Counted from the stretch's first letter, positions 1-8,775 are shown. The stretch is 64,000 nucleotides of DNA from Verrucomicrobiota bacterium (GCA_046346665.1 JAXMHQ010000011.1:55147-119146), one strand, 5' to 3'. Made by a program: numbers and translations. Notes: generated from the sequence alone by a model not told the origin.

Positions 1-203
1 ACCGTGGCAGCGAGTACACGGTCGATTTCCTCCCGAAAATCAAACTGGAAGTCGTGCTCTCGAACGAGCGCGTGGACCCGGCGATTGCCGCGATCATCAA
101 GGCGGCCAAGACGGGGAAGATCGGCGACGGCAAGGTCTTTGTGACGGCCGTTGAGGATTCCGTCCGGATCCGGACGGAGGAGAAAGGCGACAAGGCGCTG
201 TGA
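1..203 (+). CDS. glnK: Nitrogen regulatory protein P-II, C-terminal fragment (5' end outside window)
   Basis: Frame-3 translation [66 protein letters not shown] ends at TGA 201-203. Clear paralog of the complete P-II at 5003..5341. Lies directly upstream of an Amt gene. Confidence 0.9.
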   Translation, partial: RGSEYTVDFLPKIKLEVVLSNERVDPAIAAIIKAAKTGKIGDGKVFVTAVEDSVRIRTEEKGDKAL

Positions 204-243
204 GGCGCGGCAACCATTGATGGCGAGCATTTCAATCAAACCT

Positions 244-1968
244 ATGACCAAAAAATTCTTTTTACTGTTGGGCGCATGCGCCCTGATCAGCCTGGCGGGC
301 ATTTCGCGGGCCGCGGCAGACGACACGAACTCGATGGCCGGCATGACGAACGCGCCTGCGGAGGCGGCGCCGGCGGACACGGGTCCGAAGCCGGATCCGG
401 CGGGCACGGCCACGGGCATGGCTTCGGACGTGCCGGGTTTTGTGGTGAGCGCGCCGGCGGATCTGAGCCCGGACGACGCCAAGGACGCGGCGAAGAAGAA
501 GGCGTATGACGATGCGAAAAAGGCGTATGACGATTACGCGGCGCAGGCGAAGCTGGAGCCGCTGGCGGTGAAGCTGGCGGACGGGGTGGGGCACAATCGC
601 GTCGCGATCAACTTCATGTGGACGCTCGTGACGGGTTTCCTCGTGATGTTCATGCAAGCCGGGTTTGCGCTGGTGGAAACGGGGCTGTGTCGTGCGAAGA
701 ACGCCGGCCACACGATGGCGATGAACTTCATGATTTATCCCATGGGCATGCTTGGTTTCTACGTGTGCGGTTTCGCCTTCATGTTCGGCGGTCTTGGTGC
801 CATCGGCACCATGGGCGGCTACTCAGGTTTGAATCATGAGATTACGATCAACCTTTTCGGCAAGCCATTCGGGCTGCTGGGTTGGAAGGGATTCATGTTG
901 CAAGGAGCCGGCTACGACACGGCCGCCTTTGCGTTGTTCCTGTTCCAGATGGTGTTTATGGACACCACTGCGACCATTCCGACCGGTGGCGCCGCGGAGC
1001 GGTGGAAATTCTCCGCATTCATGATCTACGGCTGCTTCATTGGCACGGTGATGTATCCGTTGTTCGGGAACTGGGTTTGGGGCGGCGGCTGGCTCGCCCA
1101 GCTCGGGTCGAACTTCGGCCTCGGCCACGGGCACGTGGATTTCGCCGGCTCCTCGGTGGTGCACATGCAGGGCGGCGTGATTGCGCTGATCTTCTGCTGG
1201 TTGATCGGGCCGCGCGCAGGCAAGTATGACAAGACGGGGAAACTGGTTCACCCGATCGTTCCGCACAACCTGCCTTTCGTCATGCTGGGCACGTTCATCC
1301 TGGCCTTCGGCTGGTTCGGGTTCAACCCCGGCTCTACACTCGCGGGCACCGACCTGCGCATCGCGGTCGTTGCGGTGAACACCATGCTCGCCTCGGCCAC
1401 GGGCGCCCTCGCCGCCACCCTCCATATGTGGTGGTTCAAGACCAAGAAACCGGATCCGTCCATGATGTGCAACGGCATGCTGGCCGGCCTCGTGGCGATC
1501 ACCGCTCCCTGCGCGTTCGTCAGCGCCGGCGGCGCCTCGATCATCGGCATCATTTCAGGCATCCTCGTGGTGGAGTCCGTGTTCTTCTTCGAGAAGGCTG
1601 GCATTGACGACTGCGTCGGCGCCATCTCGGTTCACGGCGTCAACGGCGCCTGGGGCTGCCTCTCCATCGGCCTCTTCGCCGACGGCACATACGGGGACGG
1701 ATGGAACGGCGTGTCCGGCACCGTCACCGGGCTCTTCTACGGCGGCGGCATGAGCCAGTTCTGGGCCGAGCTGATCGGCGTCACCACCTGCTTCGTCACC
1801 CTGTCCGTGCTCTCGGTGATCGTCTATCAAATCGCGGAGAAAATCGTCGGCAACCGCGTGTCGATCGAGGTTGAAATCGAAGGCCTCGACGTGCCGGAAA
1901 TGGGTGTGCCGGGATATAACGGCATGGTCATGGACAAGCAGGCTGAAACTCCCATGGTCCGCGCCTAA
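244..1968 (+). CDS. amt: Ammonium transporter (Amt/MEP family) with signal peptide and ~120-aa Ala/Pro/Lys-rich N-terminal extension
   Basis: ORF 151..1968. Amt motifs FMQAGFALVETG, DFAGSSVVHMQGG, GWFGFNPGS, VHGVNGAWG. The ORF-track start at 151 would overlap the P-II gene, so ATG 244 (MTKKFFLLLGACALISLAG signal peptide) or ATG 220 is preferred. Confidence 0.9.
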   Translation: MTKKFFLLLGACALISLAGISRAAADDTNSMAGMTNAPAEAAPADTGPKPDPAGTATGMASDVPGFVVSAPADLSPDDAKDAAKKKAYDDAKKAYDDYAAQAKLEPLAVKLADGVGHNRVAINFMWTLVTGFLVMFMQAGFALVETGLCRAKNAGHTMAMNFMIYPMGMLGFYVCGFAFMFGGLGAIGTMGGYSGLNHEITINLFGKPFGLLGWKGFMLQGAGYDTAAFALFLFQMVFMDTTATIPTGGAAERWKFSAFMIYGCFIGTVMYPLFGNWVWGGGWLAQLGSNFGLGHGHVDFAGSSVVHMQGGVIALIFCWLIGPRAGKYDKTGKLVHPIVPHNLPFVMLGTFILAFGWFGFNPGSTLAGTDLRIAVVAVNTMLASATGALAATLHMWWFKTKKPDPSMMCNGMLAGLVAITAPCAFVSAGGASIIGIISGILVVESVFFFEKAGIDDCVGAISVHGVNGAWGCLSIGLFADGTYGDGWNGVSGTVTGLFYGGGMSQFWAELIGVTTCFVTLSVLSVIVYQIAEKIVGNRVSIEVEIEGLDVPEMGVPGYNGMVMDKQAETPMVRA

Positions 1969-2012
1969 GCTATTCGGGTGGCGGAGGGGTGTGGGAACCC
2001 TCCGCTCCCGCT

Positions 2013-2049
2013 GGGGTTGCGCGGACCGCCCTCCGCGCAACCCCGTTTT
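2013..2049 (+). terminator. Rho-independent terminator after amt
   Basis: 12-bp GC stem GGGGTTGCGCGG / CCGCGCAACCCC (2013-2024 / 2033-2044), 8-nt loop, followed by GTTTT. Confidence 0.7.
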
Positions 2050-2071
2050 AAAAACTGGAGCCAATCACTTT

Positions 2072-2401
2072 ATGAACTACAATCTGATCACCATGCTGCA
2101 ATCGCTCACCGCCCTCATCGCCGGCGGACTCATCGGGTTCGCCTTCGGGCTGGTCCAGGACGCCGCCCGGCGCCGCAACGAAAAGAAAATGGAATCCGGC
2201 GAAATGACCACCGCGTGGGCCGTGATGCCGGGATCCGGCGTGCGGGTGGCCTACCTCCTGGTGGCGCTCGTGCTGGTGCAGGTCGTGTGCCCGATGTTGT
2301 TTCGTGACGGTGTGCAGTGGTGGGTGAGCGGCGGTGTCGTGGCCGGATACGGCTTCACGCTTTACCGCCAGCTCCGGTCGAAGCTTGCCCGGAACAAGTA
2401 G
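2072..2401 (+). CDS. Small membrane protein, hypothetical (about 3 TM segments)
   Basis: ATG 2072 inside ORF 1871..2401. MNYNLITMLQSLTALIAGGLIGFAFGLV..., with two further hydrophobic stretches. No family recognised. Confidence 0.5.
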   Translation: MNYNLITMLQSLTALIAGGLIGFAFGLVQDAARRRNEKKMESGEMTTAWAVMPGSGVRVAYLLVALVLVQVVCPMLFRDGVQWWVSGGVVAGYGFTLYRQLRSKLARNK

Positions 2402-2823
2402 TTTGTCCGGGAGTGCCGGCGTCCTCGCCGGCCCGCGCATGCTCCCGGGTGGGAACTTGAAGGAAAGCTCGACGCGAATTGGCGCGCATTCTCACGAATT
2501 GAAATCCATTGGCGATAATTCGCGTCAAAGCATTTCCGCCTTTTTGCCGGGACTTGCATTCAAAACCTCCCGGCGCAATACTCTTTCAGGTAATTTTTGT
2601 CTGCCAAACGGTTCCGCAACATGACGGGACCGGCGGGGGAACCGATTGTGGCCGGCTGGCGGCCTTGGGGCTGACGATGCATGGCATCGGGAACACTTAA
2701 TGGTTCCAGCCCGACAGCTAACCTCGCAGGCGCGAACATTAAGGGCGAATGGCGGATTCCATTTTCCCGCACCGGTGAACGCCGGGGCTTTCGCGCAATT
2801 GGTCACGAGTTGAGCCATTTGCA

Positions 2824-4635
2824 ATGGAAATCGGCACTCATCGCCCCCGCAACGTCGGCTGGGCCCGGGCCGCGGCGCTGCTCTACGGCGACTGGGGCAC
2901 CAGCAAAGCCTACGTCATCGGCCTCGCTTTCGTCGCGGCCGGCTATTCCTCGTTCCCCATCATCCTTGCCGTCTGCGCCCTGACCGGCCTGGTCGGATAC
3001 AATTACATCATCATCTGCCGCCATTTCCCTGACGGCGGGGGCGTGTATTCGGCCGCGCGAGAACAAAGTCGCGTCCTGGCCGTCCTCGGATCCCTCCTGC
3101 TCCTGGCCGATTTCATCGTCACGGCGGCGATGAGTTGCTGGGATGCGATGCTGTATTTCGGTGTGCCTGGGGAATACCTGCGGCTGGCGACGATCGGGTG
3201 CATTTTGCTTATCGGCTACATCAATTATTTCGGTCCGAAACACTCCGGCAGTTTAGCGGTCACGCTGGCCATTCCCATGGTGCTGGTGGTCGTTTTCATT
3301 GTGGCGCTCAGCGTTCCGCACCTGACGCTCGCGCACCTCGAGCGGCCGCATTCGAGTTTCCGCGCCAACTGGGTCGCGTTCGTCGGCGTCATCCTTGCCC
3401 TCAGCGGCGTCGAGGCCATCGCCAATCTCACCGGCGTCATGAAACTCGACCCGGACGCCACCGCGGATGCGCCGCGCGTCGCGTCCACGTCGAAGAAGGC
3501 CATCTGGCCGGTCGCCATCGAGGTTGTGCTCGGCACCGCGCTGCTTGGGTGGGCGATGTTGTCGCTCCCGCAAACCTTCTCGGATGAATTGAAAGCCCGT
3601 TACGGCGACATGCTGCGGTTCCTCGGCGAGGAATACGGCACGATGTTCTGGAACCCGCATTTCGGCCACGTCTTCGGCGCCATCATCGGCCTCGTCGTCG
3701 GCATGCTGCTGCTCAGCGCCGTCAACACCGCGGTGGCCGCGATGATCGGGCTCATGTACATGCTGGCGCAGGACAAGGAAATGCCGCGCCCCTTCACCAG
3801 GCTCAACACTCACGGCGTGCCCTGGCTGCCGCTCATCGTCGCCATCGCCCTGCCTTCCATCCTCGTGCTCATCTCCGGCAACCTGGACGACCTTGCGGAC
3901 ATGTATGCCATCGGCGTGGTGGGGGCGATCACTGTGAACCTCGGCTCAAGCTGCTTCAACAAGCGGCTCAAGCTGAACTGGCGCGAATTCAGCATCATGC
4001 TCGTCACGTTCTGCATCCTGTTCTGCATCGAGGTGACGATCGCCAAGACCAAACCCGCCGCGTTGTTCTTCGCGGCCTGCGTGCTCGGCATCGGGTTCGC
4101 CCTGCGCTGGTATTCCATGAAGCGCGCCGGGGTGGAGACGGTGATTCTCTCGCGCGAAATGGCGGCGGTGATCCGGCCCGAACTGATGGACACCCTGCGA
4201 CCGAACTTCGCCCCGGGCCAGGCCATCCTCGTCGCCGCCCGCGGCATCACGCCCGTGCTCAAGTTCGCCCTCGAGGAAGCCAAACTGCGCAAAGGCAACC
4301 TCTACGTCCTCTACGTGAAACAACTCTCCGTCAACCTGCCCGGGCCCCTCGCCAGCAAGGAGCGTCCGCGATGGCAGAACGACCCGAATGCCGCCACGAT
4401 CATGTACGGCATGTTCGACCTCGCCCACGAATCCGGGATCACCGTCCTGCCGCTTTACGCGGTCAGCGACAATCCCGCAGGCACCATCCTCGACATCACC
4501 GCCACCCTGGGCGTCGACATCCTCATGCTCGGTTCGCCTCATCGCGGCGCCCTGACCAAGCTGCTCCGTGGCGACGTCGTGACCGAGGTCGCGGCCAACC
4601 TGCCGGAGAACATTCAGCTCGTGATTCACAGCTGA
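2824..4635 (+). CDS. APC-superfamily transporter fused to a C-terminal universal stress protein (USP) domain
   Basis: 603-aa ORF. The N-terminal ~430 aa contain ~11-12 hydrophobic helices, with TM1 motif LYGDWGTSKAYVIGLAF. The C-terminal ~150 aa (ILVAARGITPVLKFALEEAKLRKGNLYVLYVKQ ... VDILMLGSPHRGALTKLLRGDVVTEVAANLPENIQLVI) match the USP alpha/beta pattern. Confidence 0.7.
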   Translation: MEIGTHRPRNVGWARAAALLYGDWGTSKAYVIGLAFVAAGYSSFPIILAVCALTGLVGYNYIIICRHFPDGGGVYSAAREQSRVLAVLGSLLLLADFIVTAAMSCWDAMLYFGVPGEYLRLATIGCILLIGYINYFGPKHSGSLAVTLAIPMVLVVVFIVALSVPHLTLAHLERPHSSFRANWVAFVGVILALSGVEAIANLTGVMKLDPDATADAPRVASTSKKAIWPVAIEVVLGTALLGWAMLSLPQTFSDELKARYGDMLRFLGEEYGTMFWNPHFGHVFGAIIGLVVGMLLLSAVNTAVAAMIGLMYMLAQDKEMPRPFTRLNTHGVPWLPLIVAIALPSILVLISGNLDDLADMYAIGVVGAITVNLGSSCFNKRLKLNWREFSIMLVTFCILFCIEVTIAKTKPAALFFAACVLGIGFALRWYSMKRAGVETVILSREMAAVIRPELMDTLRPNFAPGQAILVAARGITPVLKFALEEAKLRKGNLYVLYVKQLSVNLPGPLASKERPRWQNDPNAATIMYGMFDLAHESGITVLPLYAVSDNPAGTILDITATLGVDILMLGSPHRGALTKLLRGDVVTEVAANLPENIQLVIHS

Positions 4636-4637
4636 TT

Positions 4638-4665
4638 GGAGTGCGGAATGCGGAGTGCGGAATGC
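4638..4665. repeat. Perfect 2 x 14-nt tandem GGAGTGCGGAATGC ('CGGAATGCGGAGTG' word family)
   Basis: Read directly. Related words recur at 21583-21614 (inside a CDS) and 57526-57561 / 57672-57707. Followed by ATCCATCAATCC-type words at ~4690-4745, which also recur at 11050-11085 and 15985-16020. Confidence 0.85.
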
Positions 4666-4879
4666 TGCCGGTTGCGGTAGGCGGCGCTTCTTTACTCGGC
4701 AATCCATCAATCCAATAATCCAGTAATCCATCAATCCACCGATCGGCCGGTTTCATTTTCACCAGCCCGATCAAAACTCGCCAGCGCGGGGCGGGGGATT
4801 CTGCGCAAAATTCCACAGCGGGATTTTTGGTACGCATTCTTTCTTCGAAAATTCAATGAATTCGGCGCATCAAAACGGA

Positions 4880-4895
4880 TGGCAGCCGGGCTGCT
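4880..4895 (+). promoter_or_regulatory. Sigma-54 (-24/-12) type promoter upstream of glnK-amtB
   Basis: TGGCAGCCGGGCTGCT has GG-N10-GC spacing and fits TGGCACG-N4-TTGCW at 9 of 12 defined positions. It lies 108 nt upstream of ATG 5003 and is near-identical to the element at 8776..8791. Confidence 0.55.
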
Positions 4896-4939
4896 AAAGG
4901 CCCCTCCGTTCGGGAGCCGGCCGGGGTCATACCGGTTAG

Positions 4940-5341
<402 letters not shown>

Positions 5342-5383
5342 GTTGAGTTTGAATTGAACCGAAAACCCCTGATCCCACAGATG

Positions 5384-6874
5384 AAAAAAATATTGTGTTT
5401 ATTGAGTTTCGCCGCTGTTTTGGCGGCGGGTTCCCTGACGATGCGGGCGGCGGACGCGCCTGCGGCGCCGGCGCCGAGTCTTGAGCAACGGGTGTCGTCG
5501 CTGGAAGCGTATGTGAACAACGGCGACCCGACCTCGGCGTTGAAAGACAAGGACGGGAAGATTCCGGACGGTTTGGTGACGCCGACGTCGGCGTCGGCAG
5601 GACCTGGACATAACGCGTGGATGATGGCCAGTTCTGCGCTGGTGCTGTTCATGACGTTGCCGGGGCTGTTCCTGTTCTACGGGGGCCTGGTGCGGCGGAA
5701 GAACATATTGTCGGTGGTGGCGCAATGCTTCGGGATCGCGGGGCTGGTGACGATCCTGTGGGTGGTGTTCGGCTACAGCATGGTGTTCGCCGACGGGGCG
5801 GACATCATCAAGGGAGTGGTGGGGAACATGAAGTTCTACTTTTTGGCGGGAGTGGATTCTGCGCCGAACACGAACTACGCGTATTGGGTGTCGCACAACG
5901 TGTTCAGCATGTATCAGCTGATGTTTGCGATCATCACGCCGGCGCTGATATTGGGAGCGATTGCCGAGCGCATCAAGTTCAGTTCGATGCTGCTGTTCAT
6001 GGGATTGTGGATGGTGATTGTGTATTTTCCGCTGGCGCACATGGTGTGGGGGGTGAATGGGGCGATGAACGGCGTGTGGAACGCGGGGGCGTCGATCAAG
6101 GCGATTGATTTTGCGGGCGGGACGGTGGTGCACATGTCGTCCGGGTGGTCGGCATTGATCCTGTGTTTGATTTTGGGCAAGCGGCTGGGATTTCCGAAGG
6201 AGCCGATGCCGCCGCACAGCATGGTGTTGTGCGCGATTGGCACAGGGATGCTGTGGGTGGGATGGTATGGATTTAACGCGGGCAGCGCCGTGGCTGCGGA
6301 CGGGGTGGCGGCCAACGCGTTCATGACGACGACGGTGGCGACGGCGGTGGCATCGTTTGTGTGGCCGCTGGCGGAATGGATGTTCCGGGGCAAGCCGAGC
6401 GTGCTGGGCTATTGCTCGGGGGCTGTGGCCGGGCTGGTGGTGATCACGCCTGCGTGCGGTTTTGTGACGGTGAAGGGAGCGTTTCTGATTGGGATCGCGG
6501 CGGGGCTGATTCCGTGGTTCTTCTGTTTCAAGGTGAAGGGGTGGTTTGGGTATGACGACGCGCTGGACACGTTTGGAGTGCACGCGGTGGGCGGGACGCT
6601 GGGAGCGCTGCTGACGGGATTCCTGGCGCGCAACGCGGCGAACGCGAACCTGGCGACGAACCTGAAGGGATATGTGACGGACAGCCTGTTTCAACCGCTG
6701 GTGATCGAGCAGTTGAAAGCGATCGCAGTGACGCTGGTATTGGCGGTGGTGGGAACGATCATCATCGCGTATGTGGTGAAGGCGATCCTGGGCCTGCGGC
6801 CGAGCGAGGAAGTGGAAACGGTGGGCCTGGACCTCTCCGAACACGGCGAGGAAGGCTACCACGCCGAGGCATAA
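5384..6874 (+). CDS. amtB: Ammonium transporter AmtB with signal peptide
   Basis: ORF 5354..6874. MKKILCLLSFAAVLAAG signal peptide (ATG 5384). Motifs LPGLFLFYGGLVR, DFAGGTVVHMSSG, WYGFNAGS, FGVHAVGGTLGALLTG. Confidence 0.95.
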   Translation, partial: KKILCLLSFAAVLAAGSLTMRAADAPAAPAPSLEQRVSSLEAYVNNGDPTSALKDKDGKIPDGLVTPTSASAGPGHNAWMMASSALVLFMTLPGLFLFYGGLVRRKNILSVVAQCFGIAGLVTILWVVFGYSMVFADGADIIKGVVGNMKFYFLAGVDSAPNTNYAYWVSHNVFSMYQLMFAIITPALILGAIAERIKFSSMLLFMGLWMVIVYFPLAHMVWGVNGAMNGVWNAGASIKAIDFAGGTVVHMSSGWSALILCLILGKRLGFPKEPMPPHSMVLCAIGTGMLWVGWYGFNAGSAVAADGVAANAFMTTTVATAVASFVWPLAEWMFRGKPSVLGYCSGAVAGLVVITPACGFVTVKGAFLIGIAAGLIPWFFCFKVKGWFGYDDALDTFGVHAVGGTLGALLTGFLARNAANANLATNLKGYVTDSLFQPLVIEQLKAIAVTLVLAVVGTIIIAYVVKAILGLRPSEEVETVGLDLSEHGEEGYHAEA

Positions 6875-6885
6875 GATGACGGGGA

Positions 6886-7076
6886 GGGACGCCGTCCCGG
6901 CGTCCCTGTCCCAAACGGCCGGAGAACACCCGCCGCACCGCAGGTCGAAAGACCCGGTGCGGCGGTTTTGTTTTGTGGGCCGGCGGGGACGCCAGCCCTC
7001 CCGTCGACGGGAGGGACGCCGTCCTCGGCGTCCCCATCATGTCGGAGGGATGTGTGGGACCGCGGGACGCGGTCCC
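6886..7076. repeat. Cluster of GC-rich hairpins/palindromes (GGGACGCC...GGCGTCCC word family)
   Basis: GGGACGCC/GGCGTCCC at 6886-6906 and 7013-7034. Perfect 20-nt palindrome CCCTCCCGTCGACGGGAGGG at 6996-7015. GGGACCGC/GCGGTCCC at 7056-7076. All lie in the gap between convergent amtB and the PP2C gene. Confidence 0.8.
6930..6975 (+). terminator. Rho-independent terminator after amtB
   Basis: Stem CCGCCGCACCG / CGGTGCGGCGG (6930-6940 / 6955-6965) followed by TTTTGTTTTG. Confidence 0.65.
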
Positions 7077-7089
7077 TCCCGGGGAGTGA

Positions 7090-7980
7090 TTACGCCACCC
7101 GGATTACCAGGGCGGTGGTGTTGTCGCGGCCGCTGTGGGCGACGGCGGCGTCGACGAGCAGCCGGGCGGGGTTGGTCCCCGGATCCGTGGCGGCGGCGGA
7201 TCGGAGCAATTCCTCGATCTGCTGGTTGTAAAGCCCGTCAACCAGTCCGTCGGTGCACAGCAGGAACATGTCGCCGGGTTCATACGACACGGCGCCGACC
7301 TGCGGGTCCACAAACTGATTCGATCCGCCCAGCGCCTTTTGAAGCGCGTGCCGGCGCGGGTGGGCCCGTGCCTCGCGTTCATTGATCTGGCCGTTCCGAA
7401 ACAGCCAGCCGACGTGGGTGTCGTCGTCGCTCAACTGCCGGATACCTCCCTGGGCTGGCAGGTAATAGACCCTGCTGTCGCCGATGTGGCCAAAATACAT
7501 CCAGGACGGGGTGAACCAGCAAAGGCTCAGAGTCGTCTCCATCCCGTGGCATTCCTCGTCGCTGCTGCCCAGGTAGGCGAGCGCGCGATGGATCTGGGAA
7601 AACAACTCCTCCAGGACGTCCTCGAATCCCGCGTCCCAGCCCGCCGCGGTGTGCTGGAAGGATTTTGGTAGCAGCACGGTGATTTTCTCCACCGCGACCT
7701 GGCTGGCGTATTCGCCCGATTTGGCGCCGCCCATGCCGTCGCTGACCGCGAACACAAAATCCATCGTGCGCGCCGTGGCCTGGCCGAGCCGGCCCAGGTG
7801 GTGCACTTCGCGCCCGTCGAATCTCAGGCCGAGAAACGAATCTTCATTGTTCGATCGCACTCGGCCGCGGTCCGTCCACCCGAACCAGTTCAAGGTCACT
7901 GGCGGCGGGGCGGGGCGCTGCGGATCTTTGGCCGGCCGGTCAGCCGGGCTGTGGGAGGAGTGTGGCGAGTTCAAAATCAA
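7090..7980 (-). CDS. PP2C-family Ser/Thr protein phosphatase
   Basis: Motifs RSNNEDSF, FAVSDGMGGAKSGEYAS, LLCTDGLVDGL, SGRDNTTALVIRV. The ORF-track start at 7980 is TTG and overlaps the upstream kinase-like gene by 41 nt. An alternative GTG start at 7899 removes the overlap. Confidence 0.9.
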   Translation of the reverse strand: MILNSPHSSHSPADRPAKDPQRPAPPPVTLNWFGWTDRGRVRSNNEDSFLGLRFDGREVHHLGRLGQATARTMDFVFAVSDGMGGAKSGEYASQVAVEKITVLLPKSFQHTAAGWDAGFEDVLEELFSQIHRALAYLGSSDEECHGMETTLSLCWFTPSWMYFGHIGDSRVYYLPAQGGIRQLSDDDTHVGWLFRNGQINEREARAHPRRHALQKALGGSNQFVDPQVGAVSYEPGDMFLLCTDGLVDGLYNQQIEELLRSAAATDPGTNPARLLVDAAVAHSGRDNTTALVIRVA

Positions 7981-8338
7981 TCAGGCAAAAACGGCCGTCC
8001 GATTGCCGGTAAGTGACGTTGCGCATGTCCGGGTCGTCGTGCCGCACCCCGAAGGGCAGCAATTCGGCGAATAATTCCTTGACCCGCTGCTCGTCCAGGT
8101 GCTCCACCCGGCTGCCGCAATTCGTCGTGACAATCCGCAGCCGGGCCGGGTCCGATTCCAGGAGCCGAGGCACAAAATTGCAGCCGCGTTCCTCGAGGAT
8201 TTTCAGGATCCGGACCTCGTTTTCAAATCGCTTCGCCGCGTCCGGGCCGTGGTACACCTTGATCACCCGGCCGTCAAAGGTCAGGTTCACAGTCGCTCTC
8301 AAGGTGTCTTTGACTTTCAGCATCAAGCAGGCCCGCAT
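7940..8338 (-). CDS. Minimal protein-kinase-like protein (132 aa)
   Basis: ATG 8338. The kinase core motifs occur in order: VIKVY (beta3 Lys), FENEVRIL (alphaC Glu), IVTTNCG (hinge), HDDPDMRNV (HxDxxxxN catalytic loop), LIDFE (DFG equivalent). The protein stops 9 residues after the IDFE motif. Confidence 0.55.
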   Translation of the reverse strand: MRACLMLKVKDTLRATVNLTFDGRVIKVYHGPDAAKRFENEVRILKILEERGCNFVPRLLESDPARLRIVTTNCGSRVEHLDEQRVKELFAELLPFGVRHDDPDMRNVTYRQSDGRFCLIDFELATLLPQPG

Positions 8339-8406
8339 CGCAGCCCGGACTCAGTATGTCGCATCCGGGGCCGGATGCAATGTCGGGTGCCGGAGGGGGT
8401 TTAAAC

Positions 8407-8561
8407 CACGGATGAACACGGGTGAACACGGATGGGGAAGGTTGACGCGAATTGACACGAATTTTCAGGGGCTTGCTCCGCGATCTGACGATGGCGGCTG
8501 TGGGGGTTGATCAGGGCTCGACGGAGTCTCGCCCCACCAGTTGGCGACAATTCGCGTCACG
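8407..8561. repeat. Composite intergenic repeat (CACGGATGAACACGG words, TTGACGCGAATTG inverted repeat, 28-mer TCAGGGCTCGACGGAGTCTCGCCCCACC)
   Basis: The 28-mer at 8511-8538 is identical to 11101-11128. TTGACGCGAATTG (8442-) pairs with CAATTCGCGTCA (8548-). The same word occurs at 2471-2480 / 2517-2526 and 11002-11018. Confidence 0.85.
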
Positions 8562-8775
8562 ATTTTTAGTTCAGATCGGTGTTCGTCCGTTGTCGAAATA
8601 GCCGCCAATTCCGGCTGAATGGTTTCGATCAGACTGGGCAACAATCGACAGTAAAACGGGCCGCCGGGCGGCTTGAAATCGGGTACCGAAAAAATGATTT
8701 GCCCCGGGTTAAACTGTTGGGATTGGGGGTGAAGCAAAAGAGGGGGACAAGATGCCAAAGTATGTTCTGGCCGGA

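Noticed and set aside
151-243. Upstream extension of the first Amt ORF (MRIPSGSGRRRKATRR...)
   Set aside because: It overlaps the P-II coding end (stop at 203) and is Arg-rich. A proper signal peptide starts at ATG 244.
2655-2670. Weak sigma-54-like element TGGCGGCCTTGGGGCT upstream of the APC/USP transporter gene
   Set aside because: GG-N10-GC spacing is present, but the -12 region (GGGCT) is poor and it lies ~155 nt from the ATG. It is not distinguishable from chance in GC-rich DNA.
4638-4745. Tandem short repeats considered as a possible CRISPR array (also 18833-18862 and 57526-57561)
   Set aside because: Units are only 7-14 nt, directly abutting with no spacers. No cas genes are in the window. 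They belong to the hairpin word-repeat families.
5399-6862. Long antisense ORFs fully overlapping well-supported genes (e.g. 5399..6862, 12046..13563, 13613..15136, 16175..17347, 21019..22464, 23680..24765, 26059..27870, 31834..34329, 42097..43401, 50457..53087)
   Set aside because: Their translations are Arg/His/Pro/Gly-rich low-complexity strings with no recognisable motifs. Each lies opposite a gene with strong family signatures. Long open antisense frames are expected in GC-rich DNA.
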